A stretch of 43,601 bases of DNA from a virus. Lineage: Duplodnaviria > Heunggongvirae > Uroviricota > Caudoviricetes. Below are positions 34,463-43,385 of the stretch, in pieces (positions within the stretch are counted from its first letter, which is position 1; every line of letters begins with the position of its first letter). The stretch lies in the IMG/VR virus record IMGVR_UViG_3300045988_013455, positions 1 through 43,601 of that record; one strand, written 5' to 3'. A model generated the notes under the pieces. That model was given only the letters and a program-made list of their open reading frames with translations, was not told the origin of the DNA and ran no database searches. The position numbers and the translations under genes are program-made.

Positions 34463-34875
34463 TGGGCTACTTTGAGGACTTAACAAAAGCGTTTGATGTG
34501 CCGCTGGTAGCCTTCGGAACAACCAACGGCATCAAGGTGGCGCTTGAAAACATCGACGCGCCGACGTCAACTGATACGCCGTATCTGGCAAGCTACATGT
34601 TGCTGGCCGACACCGAGCAGGCTGATTTGTTCTTCACGGAACAACGCTCAGGCATCTATCAGGTCGACATTAACTACGCATCGGTGAAAGGTAGCGCGCC
34701 GATCAATAAAATGGCAGACTTACTTAACACGGCGTTTAAAGCAGGTAAGTCATTTTCGCGTAACGACATTTGCGCCGAGGTTCAATCGGTTAGCCTGGGG
34801 CCGCTGATTGTAGAAAACGGATGGGCCAAACGACCATTGTCAATTAACTTTATTGCATTCACCAAGAGGCTGTGA
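34462..34875 (+). CDS. Putative tail terminator / tail completion protein
   Basis: 137-aa ORF immediately upstream of the major tail protein gene. Confidence 0.4.
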   Translation: MGYFEDLTKAFDVPLVAFGTTNGIKVALENIDAPTSTDTPYLASYMLLADTEQADLFFTEQRSGIYQVDINYASVKGSAPINKMADLLNTAFKAGKSFSRNDICAEVQSVSLGPLIVENGWAKRPLSINFIAFTKRL

Positions 34876-36044
34876 ATATGGCTACAACTCCTTTTAAGGG
34901 CGCGAATACCGCGCAATTCTATGTGGCGGAAGTGACCCCGGGCGTAACCCCAAGTAACCCTGTCTGGTCGCCGTTGCGTAACACGGGAGGCGTTCCTGCC
35001 ATTACCCGCGACACGCTGACCTCCAACGAACTGGATGGCAGTCGTGAAACTACGTCCATCCGCACCGGTAACAAACAGGTTAGCGGGGAGTACGCCATTG
35101 AGCTTAGCTCGAAAAGCCAGGATGACTGGTTAGCCGGGGCTTTAGGCTCTACGTGGCAGTCCGGGGTTTCTCTGCCAGGGTTATCGATTACCGTTGCCCC
35201 CGCAGGCAAGACGTTCACACGCGCTACCGGCAGTTTTATCACTGACGGAGTTGGGGTAGGCGACCTGATTGCGTTTACCGATTTAACAGGCGATAACGCA
35301 AAACCATTTATTGTTACTGCAGTAACGGCTACGGTTGTTACTGGTGCGGGCATCCAACACACCCTGACCACCGAGACAAAAACTAGTAAGGCTAAAACTG
35401 GCGACACGTTGGAAACCGGTAACGCGTGTAAGACGTTCTCTATCCTTACCTGGTACAAAGGCCAGTGCGGCGGTACTGACGCGTACACGTTAACCAAAGG
35501 CGTGGAAGTTTCTGGTTTTACCATCGAACAGGCTGTTAACGCGATGGTAACTGGCAGCTTCCCATTCATCGGTCGCAGTCAGGAGATTCTCACTACGCCG
35601 CCGACCGGTTCCAACTTCTCATCTGTTACTTTTGGTGATGAGCCGTTCTCATCGGTTGACGTTTCTGTGTTCGATGGCTCAACGCCGTTGCGTTGCGACA
35701 GCCTGACCATCACCAACGACAACAGCGCGTCCGCACAGTTCGAACTCGGCAACTCTAACGTTGCGTTTGTGGAACGTAGCCGCGCAGCTAACACCTTCTC
35801 CATCTCCGGCAAGCTGTATGATATGGCGATGATTCAGAAGTTTATCAACGAGCAGCAGGTAGAGATTAACTCTATTCTGGCGGGGGTAAACGGTGCTATG
35901 TCTTTCAGTTTGAAACGTGCGGAGCTTACGGCAGTTACCCCAGAGATTGGCGGACCTGAGTCAATCACTCAGTCCATTGAAGGGCAGTCCACGGGCAATC
36001 AATATCAATCTTCTATTGTAATACAGCGTATTAGCTACGCATAA
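34872..36044 (+). CDS. Major tail (tube) protein
   Basis: 390-aa Thr/Ser/Gly-rich ORF upstream of chaperone and tape measure genes; RBS AAGAGG. Confidence 0.55.
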   Translation: MNMATTPFKGANTAQFYVAEVTPGVTPSNPVWSPLRNTGGVPAITRDTLTSNELDGSRETTSIRTGNKQVSGEYAIELSSKSQDDWLAGALGSTWQSGVSLPGLSITVAPAGKTFTRATGSFITDGVGVGDLIAFTDLTGDNAKPFIVTAVTATVVTGAGIQHTLTTETKTSKAKTGDTLETGNACKTFSILTWYKGQCGGTDAYTLTKGVEVSGFTIEQAVNAMVTGSFPFIGRSQEILTTPPTGSNFSSVTFGDEPFSSVDVSVFDGSTPLRCDSLTITNDNSASAQFELGNSNVAFVERSRAANTFSISGKLYDMAMIQKFINEQQVEINSILAGVNGAMSFSLKRAELTAVTPEIGGPESITQSIEGQSTGNQYQSSIVIQRISYA

Positions 36045-36075
36045 AACTAAGGCCCCTTTCGGGGCCTTTTTCTTA
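36045..36075. terminator. Bidirectional rho-independent terminator
   Basis: AAGGCCCC-tttc-GGGGCCTT followed by TTTCTT; A-run on the other side. Confidence 0.7.
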
Positions 36076-36303
36076 CTCGTCAATGTTGCTCCGGTACTCC
36101 CGTAACTTCTCCAGACTTTCAATTGCTTCCGATAAGTCAGTTCCTGTGTCCTTGTGTCCCCGCAATCCCATGCATAATAGCTTCTTCAATGCGTGCTGTA
36201 GCGCTGGGTCGCGGATGTCGAAAGCGCGTAGCACATCATAAACGTCTACTGTCATGGTGCTGCCGTGAGTGTTTGTCATTGTGCGGTTGTATTTATTTGT
36301 CAC
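36073..36303 (-). CDS. Hypothetical protein (76 aa), antisense cassette C
   Basis: Last gene of the leftward cassette. Confidence 0.45.
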   Translation of the reverse strand: MTNKYNRTMTNTHGSTMTVDVYDVLRAFDIRDPALQHALKKLLCMGLRGHKDTGTDLSEAIESLEKLREYRSNIDE

Positions 36304-36493
36304 TGTTAACTCTCTTAAATCTGGCTATGCCTGACTCGTTAATGTTGCCTATTTCAAAGAAGCTGCGATATTTAGGCGAATACATTCTTACGTCGCCATT
36401 CTCCAGGGTGATCCCTTCATATATGGCCCCTACTTCGAATCCATTTTTCTCCGCGTACGGGCTCACATCGGTGCATTCATACATATCTTTCAT
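36293..36493 (-). CDS. Hypothetical protein (66 aa), antisense cassette C
   Basis: ATGA overlap with the upstream phosphoesterase gene. Confidence 0.45.
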   Translation of the reverse strand: MKDMYECTDVSPYAEKNGFEVGAIYEGITLENGDVRMYSPKYRSFFEIGNINESGIARFKRVNSDK

Positions 36494-37620
36494 CCAAGCA
36501 TCTCCGGTGAAATAGTTAAACGTGCTACCTCGCCATATTCGGCGCTATAAGTGATTACATTCGCACTACGGCCCGACATCCAACCCCCGCGGGAGGCGTA
36601 GGCGTCTTTAGCCGCTAAGGTGCGGTGTTGCTCAACAATCATGTTACGGCTTTCCACAATCTTCTGATGGTGCAGATGGCCTACGTGGGCGTAACTGTAA
36701 ACACTCTCGCCGAACGCTTTACGGAACTTGGCGATCATAACCGGTTCGATAGCGTCGAATCGTGCTTTATGCCCGTGTGTAAAGAACAACGTCGTTTTGC
36801 CGTGTTGCACCATCTTGTAAACATCCGGCGACGTATCGACGAACACACGCGGCTCATTGCCATACAGCGTACTGAACATCTCAGCCAACCAAATCATGCC
36901 ACTCTCGTCGTGGTTACCTTGCACAATAAGCAAGCGAACAGTTTTATGCTTAACCAGCGCCATATCGACAACACGGCGGACCATGCGAATCATGTAGCGG
37001 ACAAGTTTCTGGTAGCGGGTATCGGCGTCAAGAACGTGACCACTTGCGGGTGTAACCGCGTCCAGACTATCGAAGTGCGCAAGGTCGCCCAGCAGGTTAA
37101 TAACTCCTGTTCCCGCGTCCGGTGATTTCTGAAACGCTGCGTCGAACCAGCGAGAGAACAGGTCTTCTGCAATCTTCATATCCCAGTCGTCGCCGCTCTC
37201 GTCAGCCCATGCCAGCATACCGAGATGGAAATCAGATACAGTGTAAAGATTAAGTAGCTTGTCGTCGCGTTTGGCACGTGCCGCTTTAACAGGCGCAACC
37301 GGGGTAATCTCTGACTTCATGCCTTCGATTACGGCTTTCATCAATTCAACCTGACGTTCGGCGTCAGTATCGGTCTTAACCCATTGCAACTTAGTGTTGC
37401 CGAACTCATCGACAAGTGACGACGTTCCTTTAATCTTGTAGCCGTCCGGAACAAGGTGACTAACGTCACGCCCGTGGCCTACGCCTTTCTTAGCCAGCTT
37501 CGCTTTACGGATACGAATAACGCGGTCTGAGATGCCGTATTTACGGGCGATGTCGATATTCTTCATACCGGCGTTCAATTCTTCCTGCAACTGTTCGTCG
37601 GTTATTTTCTTCTGGGCCAT
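36490..37620 (-). CDS. HTH domain fused to calcineurin-like metallophosphoesterase (SbcD/Mre11-like motif set)
   Basis: N-terminal HTH-like NIDIARKYGISDRVIRIRK; motifs VSDFHLG, LLGDLAHFD, VQGNHDE, FTHGH, HVGHLHH in canonical order. Confidence 0.6.
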   Translation of the reverse strand: MAQKKITDEQLQEELNAGMKNIDIARKYGISDRVIRIRKAKLAKKGVGHGRDVSHLVPDGYKIKGTSSLVDEFGNTKLQWVKTDTDAERQVELMKAVIEGMKSEITPVAPVKAARAKRDDKLLNLYTVSDFHLGMLAWADESGDDWDMKIAEDLFSRWFDAAFQKSPDAGTGVINLLGDLAHFDSLDAVTPASGHVLDADTRYQKLVRYMIRMVRRVVDMALVKHKTVRLLIVQGNHDESGMIWLAEMFSTLYGNEPRVFVDTSPDVYKMVQHGKTTLFFTHGHKARFDAIEPVMIAKFRKAFGESVYSYAHVGHLHHQKIVESRNMIVEQHRTLAAKDAYASRGGWMSGRSANVITYSAEYGEVARLTISPEMLG

Positions 37621-37657
37621 GCTTATTCCTCGTGCTTAGGATTTGTCCTATACTAGC

Positions 37658-37864
37658 TCACTTCTCGTTAACATTCGAGTTGCACGCCCAGATTAAAATA
37701 AAGACCCACGGCAACAGAATCCAACCAAGAAACAGATTGGCCATGAATATCGCCAACTTCGCTTTATGGTCACGGAAATACGCAACCAGAAAAGGTGCGA
37801 AATAGGCGAGTAGTGCAAACAGAATTAAGGAAACTGGTAAACTGGACATTTTAAACTCCTTCAT
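37658..37864 (-). CDS. Small two-TMD membrane protein (68 aa), antisense cassette C
   Basis: SLPVSLILFALLAYFAPFLVAYF and IFMANLFLGWILLPWVFILIWA; first gene after promoter. Confidence 0.5.
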   Translation of the reverse strand: MKEFKMSSLPVSLILFALLAYFAPFLVAYFRDHKAKLAIFMANLFLGWILLPWVFILIWACNSNVNEK

Positions 37865-37879
37865 TGTTGGCGTGAGTGA

Positions 37880-37908
37880 ATAGTACCCTATTATATTGGG
37901 GCGCGCAA
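37880..37908 (-). promoter_or_regulatory. Sigma70-like promoter (TTGCGC-17-TACTAT) driving antisense cassette C
   Basis: Minus strand TTGCGCgccccaatataatagggTACTATtcac, same module as at 26999 and 28854. Confidence 0.5.
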
Positions 37909-38015
37909 GTAGTGTGCTAGAATAAGTTTGCGCCTAGTGTCGCACACGAAAAGCGGGTGGTTCCCGTCTGGCGCATTAACCTTAACCTGTAACCTCTTAA
38001 CCAAAGGATTAAAGA

Positions 38016-38432
38016 ATGAAACTTTCCGATTTTTATTTCGAAGAGAAAGCACTGGTGGGCAAGAAGATGCCGATTCTGCTGCCAAACGGCGAAGACTCCG
38101 GCGAGTGGCTTAACGTTGTAAGCCCTGATGCGGATGCCGCCGTTAAAGCCGGGCGTGCTTTCATTATCGCGTACCGCCGCGGGCTGGCGCGTTTCGAAGA
38201 ACTGGAAAAAGCCGCCAAAAAATCTGGTGACTATACCGAATATAACCTGGCTGTTAACGAACTGGCTGAAGACCTCAACCGGCAACTTGCAGCAGAAGTC
38301 GTAAACGGCTGGAGCTTTGATGAGCCTTTCTCTAAAGAAGCATTTAGCAAATTGCTGGATCAGTTCAAGGCATTGGGTACACAGGTAGCCGCGTTCCATA
38401 ACGCCGAGCGCAAAGCATTACAGGAAAAGTAG
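38016..38432 (+). CDS. Tail assembly chaperone (lambda gpG-like position)
   Basis: 138-aa acidic ORF directly upstream of the tape measure gene; RBS AAAGGA. Confidence 0.5.
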   Translation: MKLSDFYFEEKALVGKKMPILLPNGEDSGEWLNVVSPDADAAVKAGRAFIIAYRRGLARFEELEKAAKKSGDYTEYNLAVNELAEDLNRQLAAEVVNGWSFDEPFSKEAFSKLLDQFKALGTQVAAFHNAERKALQEK

Positions 38433-38797
38433 ACGCGCTGTACAGGTTCGCCACCTACGAGTTTGTGGATAAGCATAAAATCAGAGAGTTTGATTCTATA
38501 GCTGACGGTCACGAACAGGCGCTTATCGCGATGGGTGTAATCGATAAGAAAAAACGTGCAGCGCGACGGGGTGGGCCAGAATGCCCGCCCCTTTTTATAT
38601 CCACCTTTGAGACGTACTGTGATATTAAGTTTACGCGACACGTGCGCGAGGACGCTGTAGTATTGTTCGCAAGAGAATCCGTTACGTGGCAAGACCTGAA
38701 ATCCTATCTCGATGTTACGCAAAAACAGCTTAGCCTGTTCGAGATAGACATTATCATGGGCTTAGAAGCAATCTTTGAAGGTAGAAATCATGGCTGA
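38402..38797 (+). CDS. Possible -1 frameshift extension of the tail chaperone (gpGT-like)
   Basis: The -1 frame is open from 38402 and overlaps the chaperone 3' end at A-rich AGGAAAAG; ends near the tape measure start. Confidence 0.3.
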   Translation, partial: RRAQSITGKVDALYRFATYEFVDKHKIREFDSIADGHEQALIAMGVIDKKKRAARRGGPECPPLFISTFETYCDIKFTRHVREDAVVLFARESVTWQDLKSYLDVTQKQLSLFEIDIIMGLEAIFEGRNHG

Positions 38798-41063
38798 TAC
38801 CGCTAGTTTGATAGTACGAGTATCCTCGACCGGCGTCGATAAAACCACATCGCAACTGAATGGGCTTACCAAAGCCGCAGGGGCCGCCGCCGCTGCCGTT
38901 GTCAGTCTGGAAACTGCAAAACAGGTGTTCAGCGCGCTGGTGGACTCCCAGCGCAACTTCGATAAGCTGAACTCCGGCCTCATCACAATGACCGGGAGCG
39001 CCGAGAACGCTGCTAAGGCATTCAGCGTCCTGCAACAGTTCGCAAAAGAGACACCGTACGGGCTTAACCAGGCCGTAGAAGGGTTTACCAAGCTCGTGGC
39101 GCTCGGTCTTAACCCAAGCAAAGAGGCGCTGATTTCCTACGGCAACACCGCAGCGGCTATGGGTAAAGACCTTAATCAGATGATTGAGGCCGTAGCGGAC
39201 GCCAGTACCTTTGAGTTTGAGCGCTTAAAAGAGTTCGGCATCAAGTCGTCACAGCAGGCGGATACCGTTTCGTTCACTTTCCGCGGTGTTACCACCACGG
39301 TTAAGAAGAACTCAGAAGAGATTCAGAAATACCTGTTAAACATCGGCAACACCGATTTTGCCGGGGCGATGGAGACGCGCTCGAAGACCTTAGATGGCCA
39401 GTTATCAAGCCTGGCGGACTCCTTCGACGGTCTTGTTCTTGCCATAGCACAGTCTGGTTTTGGTGACGCGGTAGGCGAACAAGCGGCAACAGCGGAAGAT
39501 GCTATCACGGCGCTCACTGACGCCATCGCGTCCAATGAGATAGCCGCCACGCTCCAGGATTGGGTAACGCTGTTCAATGAATCGTTCAAGTTTATTTCTG
39601 ATGCCTTGAACGACCTGGCGTATGACACCGAGGACAAATCTGCGGATATGTCCGACTCGCTGGGGACTATACCGGACGCTATCCGAGAGTGGCTGCCTGA
39701 GATTCAAAGAATAGCGAAGGATATGTATGTAGAGTTCCAGGCTATTGACATGCAAGCGGCGCTTCTGGCGCAGTCTATTAAAGCCGCCTTCACCCCAGGC
39801 GAGACGGCGGCGGGTACATTTGCCGCAGGTCAGGCAGCTGTTCAGTTCTTCAAAGACACCGAAAGGGCAAAAAACAAGGCTGAGGCGGACGGGATAACCC
39901 AACGCTCGAAACAGCGTAAGAAAGAAATTGAGGAACAGCGCAAGCAGTATAATGAGCGCAAGCAGCAAGAAATTGACCTGGCCAGTCTTGTTAATGGAAA
40001 GGGGGGAACTGGTGGCACCGGAAACGCTGACGATAAAGCGACAAAAGCGGCTGCCAAGAAAGCAGAACAATTGCGGAATCAGGCGCAAGATTACCTCGAC
40101 ACTTTGGCCCGCCAGAACAACGATGAGTTAAAGGCTATCGACGCGCAGGAACAGCAGAAACTGGCTAAGGCAAAAGAGTTCTACAGCCAGGGCGCGCTGT
40201 CACTGAAAGAATACGAGCAAGCAAAAACGGCTATCGTCCTCGAGGCCGGGCAAAAACGGCAAGATGAACTGGATAAACGTCGGAAAGAAGCCCAGGAAAA
40301 GCAGCAGAAAGGCGACGACTTCATGGCCCAGATTATGGGCCAGAACGCTACTGAGCTTGAGCTTCTCGACATCCAGGAACAGCAGAAACTGGCGGTAGCC
40401 GATAAATACCGTGAACAGGGTCTGATTAACGAGGAACAGTATCAAGCAGCGCTTAACGCCATCAATGAGCAATACGCAACCAAGCGCGCAGACGCAACGG
40501 CAACCGCCTTTGGTAATATGGCCTCAAACATCGGGTCCGCGTTGGGCGAGGCTTCCGGTGCGTACAAGGCATTCGCTATCGTACAGGCCACCATAGCCAC
40601 GTACACCGCAGCTATTGAAGCGTACAAGTCAACGGCGGCTATACCTGTTGTTGGTCCGTTCCTGGCCCCAGTAGCCGCTGCCGCTGCCGTCGGGGCTGGT
40701 ATGGCCCAGATTTCCGCTATCAGGTCCGCGCGTGAGCAGGGCGGGCAGCTATCAGCAGGCCAGATGTCAACTATAGCGGAACGCGGTAAACCAGAAGTTA
40801 TCATGCCCGCTGGCGCGTCGCGTGTACGCACAGCACAGCAGATGAAAGAAATTATGGGGCAAAACGGGTCTTCTTCCGGCCCGTCTAATGTTACTATCGT
40901 AAACAACACGAGTTCTCAAATCGGCAACGTATCCACTGAGCAAGATGATGAAGGCCGTTTGCGAATCATCATCGAGGAGCAGGTGGCTGCCTCTTTGCAG
41001 AACAGCAACAGCAAGATTAGCAAGGCCCGCAAAGCCACAAGAAATGCGCCGGGGTTTAAATAA
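38775..41063 (+). CDS. Tail tape measure protein
   Basis: 762-aa largely helical protein with Ala/Gln/Lys-rich repeats (QEQQKLA twice); position before tail-tip genes. Confidence 0.85.
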   Translation: MKVEIMADTASLIVRVSSTGVDKTTSQLNGLTKAAGAAAAAVVSLETAKQVFSALVDSQRNFDKLNSGLITMTGSAENAAKAFSVLQQFAKETPYGLNQAVEGFTKLVALGLNPSKEALISYGNTAAAMGKDLNQMIEAVADASTFEFERLKEFGIKSSQQADTVSFTFRGVTTTVKKNSEEIQKYLLNIGNTDFAGAMETRSKTLDGQLSSLADSFDGLVLAIAQSGFGDAVGEQAATAEDAITALTDAIASNEIAATLQDWVTLFNESFKFISDALNDLAYDTEDKSADMSDSLGTIPDAIREWLPEIQRIAKDMYVEFQAIDMQAALLAQSIKAAFTPGETAAGTFAAGQAAVQFFKDTERAKNKAEADGITQRSKQRKKEIEEQRKQYNERKQQEIDLASLVNGKGGTGGTGNADDKATKAAAKKAEQLRNQAQDYLDTLARQNNDELKAIDAQEQQKLAKAKEFYSQGALSLKEYEQAKTAIVLEAGQKRQDELDKRRKEAQEKQQKGDDFMAQIMGQNATELELLDIQEQQKLAVADKYREQGLINEEQYQAALNAINEQYATKRADATATAFGNMASNIGSALGEASGAYKAFAIVQATIATYTAAIEAYKSTAAIPVVGPFLAPVAAAAAVGAGMAQISAIRSAREQGGQLSAGQMSTIAERGKPEVIMPAGASRVRTAQQMKEIMGQNGSSSGPSNVTIVNNTSSQIGNVSTEQDDEGRLRIIIEEQVAASLQNSNSKISKARKATRNAPGFK

Positions 41064-42442
41064 TGACCGAATTATATTTCCCACGTAGCCTTAAGCCGGT
41101 GGTGTCGAAAGGCTACTCGATGACCAGACGCAACAACGTCTGGAGTGTAGATTTAGCTGGCGGCGGTGTACGTCAGGGGCGCGACACGTATTACGACGTG
41201 TTCCCGATAAGCGTAACCCTGATTACATCCGCGCTGGGGCGGCAGGCGTTCCTGTCGTTCCTGGAGAAAGTCGATGGTGGTGCGTCAAGTTTCTGGATGG
41301 CGCACGACTTCGGCATGGGTATCGAGGATTACCAGGTAACCATTACGTCAACCATCGCGGAATCCACCGAAGACGGCATTAACTGGACGATTACTTTCAC
41401 GGCAACCGCCGAGAAATCGCCGTTCCAGGACCAAGAGAACCAGTGCCTGATTAACAATCTGCCAGATTTGTATGGTTGCTATGGCGACCACCTGGGTAGC
41501 TTCATGAAAATATATGCGAACTACGAGACGACGTTCCCGCGCATCTGGAGCAATGAAGGCCCTGCCGGATACCCGCCGATTAACATGCTGTCATCCACGC
41601 TTGATAGCCGCATTGTGTATGACGGGCCACAGGTTTACTACATCAACCGAAATGGCAATCTTGTGCAGTCCGCCACCAATGAATGGCCTCTTACGTTTAT
41701 TGACGGAACTGCAGTTGGGCGTGTGCCGCCGGAGGGGTTAACGGAAAACTTAGCCACATATTCGACCGCGCTGGTAAATCCCCCGTGGACTTTAGCCCGC
41801 GTAACGACTTCGCAGGATGAAGATTTATATAAAGTAACTCCAACGGCGGTGGCAGGGACCCACATTATAGAGAACGCACTATCAAGGAGGTTTATTGGTG
41901 GCGACGTATATACATTAAGTATAATCGGAACCCCAGATGGATATAATTTTGCGCGCCTAAGAATATCAGATGAGACCAGGATTTTGGGGGACTGTGTCGT
42001 AGACTTAACCAGTGGGGAAATAATCTCCGGGGTGGGGAATACGAAAGTTGTTAGTTTGGGTGGTAGTCGGTATAGATTCGATGAAACTATCACTATCCGC
42101 AGTGGCGGGTCGACATCGTTGCGCCTGTCGGTACGTGTATGGAGTGATTCTTCCACAGAATCTTTTACTGGCGATGGGGTTAGCGGTATTAAATTAGGAT
42201 ATGCGCAAATAGAAAAATCAGAATTTACCACTTCGCCAATAATCACCAATTCGTCTGCTGTAACCCGCCAAGCGGCATCCGCAAGAGTAGTAATGAACGG
42301 CGCAACAAGCATCGACATTACCTACTCTGACGGCTCCGTGGTGAACGTTCAGGCGGCTGGAGATTATGCTACCATCCCCCAAGCAGATTCTGCGTGGGGT
42401 AGTAAATACATCACTCGTATCGACTTTAATGTGGGCGGTTAA
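41063..42442 (+). CDS. Distal tail protein (gpM-like N-terminal region with long C-terminal extension)
   Basis: First gene after tape measure (ATGA overlap); 459 aa, much longer than lambda gpM; AT-rich patch about 41860-42300. Confidence 0.45.
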   Translation: MTELYFPRSLKPVVSKGYSMTRRNNVWSVDLAGGGVRQGRDTYYDVFPISVTLITSALGRQAFLSFLEKVDGGASSFWMAHDFGMGIEDYQVTITSTIAESTEDGINWTITFTATAEKSPFQDQENQCLINNLPDLYGCYGDHLGSFMKIYANYETTFPRIWSNEGPAGYPPINMLSSTLDSRIVYDGPQVYYINRNGNLVQSATNEWPLTFIDGTAVGRVPPEGLTENLATYSTALVNPPWTLARVTTSQDEDLYKVTPTAVAGTHIIENALSRRFIGGDVYTLSIIGTPDGYNFARLRISDETRILGDCVVDLTSGEIISGVGNTKVVSLGGSRYRFDETITIRSGGSTSLRLSVRVWSDSSTESFTGDGVSGIKLGYAQIEKSEFTTSPIITNSSAVTRQAASARVVMNGATSIDITYSDGSVVNVQAAGDYATIPQADSAWGSKYITRIDFNVGG

Positions 42443-42445
42443 TTT

Positions 42446-42961
42446 ATGAGTCAGGAATCAGTAGAAGCAGCCTATCGCCGTAAGCTGGCCTCAAATCCCG
42501 ACGGCGAGATGGACTACATCACGTTGCAAATCAGCCACCCGTTGCTGTCAAAGACGTACTATCTTGTTCGCGGGCTGCAGGAACTTACAGCAACACTGGA
42601 GACGGGCGAAACAATCACGTTCGAACCCACCCCGATGGAAGCGTCGGGGGCGGCTAACAACAGCGATATGGACCAGACGACGACGTTTACTCTACCGGAT
42701 ATTCTCAATCAACTTGATGATGAGATGGATAAAATCCCGATGAGTAATACCGAGTTGCCGAAATTCGTTTTCCGCCGTTACGTCAGTACCGACCTGTCCT
42801 ATCCTGCGGACGGCCCAGTCGTGTACGAGTTGCAGGCCATCAACCAGGAGAAGGGCGAGTTCTCCGCGGATGTCGGTACACCTATGCTGAACCAACGAAG
42901 CACTGGTATACTGATGACACCTAAAGAGATACCGTTATTACGCGGCCTGTTGACCACATGA
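42446..42961 (+). CDS. Minor tail protein (gpL-like position)
   Basis: 171-aa ORF in conserved M-L-K-I/J order. Confidence 0.4.
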   Translation: MSQESVEAAYRRKLASNPDGEMDYITLQISHPLLSKTYYLVRGLQELTATLETGETITFEPTPMEASGAANNSDMDQTTTFTLPDILNQLDDEMDKIPMSNTELPKFVFRRYVSTDLSYPADGPVVYELQAINQEKGEFSADVGTPMLNQRSTGILMTPKEIPLLRGLLTT

Positions 42962-43323
42962 ACATTAACGACTACACGGGAATACCTTACGACTTTCGCA
43001 AACGTAATTGCTGGCATCACGTGCGCATTGTCCGCGCGGATGCCGGGTTAGAAACCCCTGCGTTCGACGTTACAAGCCCAACGGCAATTAACGAAGCGTT
43101 TGACGAAGGCCACCGTGACACGAAGGGGCTTACAAAAATTGATAAGCCTGAAAACTTCTGCGCGGTGCTTATGGGGTATCGCCGCGGGGGCCGTATCGTG
43201 TGGCACGCAGGAGTTTACTTCGACGGGATGGTTAGCCATTGCGAGCTTGCTTCTCGTCAGGTACGGCTTGACAGGCTGGCGGACCTCAGAGACACGTACA
43301 CGGAGATTGAATTTTGGCGATAA
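42958..43323 (+). CDS. Tail assembly protein K-like, NlpC/P60-type Cys-His peptidase fold
   Basis: NCWHHV (Cys) and HAGVYFDG (His) spaced as in NlpC/P60; position before the I/J gene. Confidence 0.55.
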   Translation: MNINDYTGIPYDFRKRNCWHHVRIVRADAGLETPAFDVTSPTAINEAFDEGHRDTKGLTKIDKPENFCAVLMGYRRGGRIVWHAGVYFDGMVSHCELASRQVRLDRLADLRDTYTEIEFWR

Positions 43324-43385
43324 TCCTGCACTACACGCGAAACGCTGATGGCGCTTTCGACCGTACAAAACACGTCGGGATGCCG

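Noticed and set aside
38465-38797. Independent 110-aa gene starting at ATG 38465
   Set aside because: No clear RBS; the frame is open from 38402 and overlaps the chaperone 3' end, so a frameshift extension is the preferred, still unproven, interpretation.
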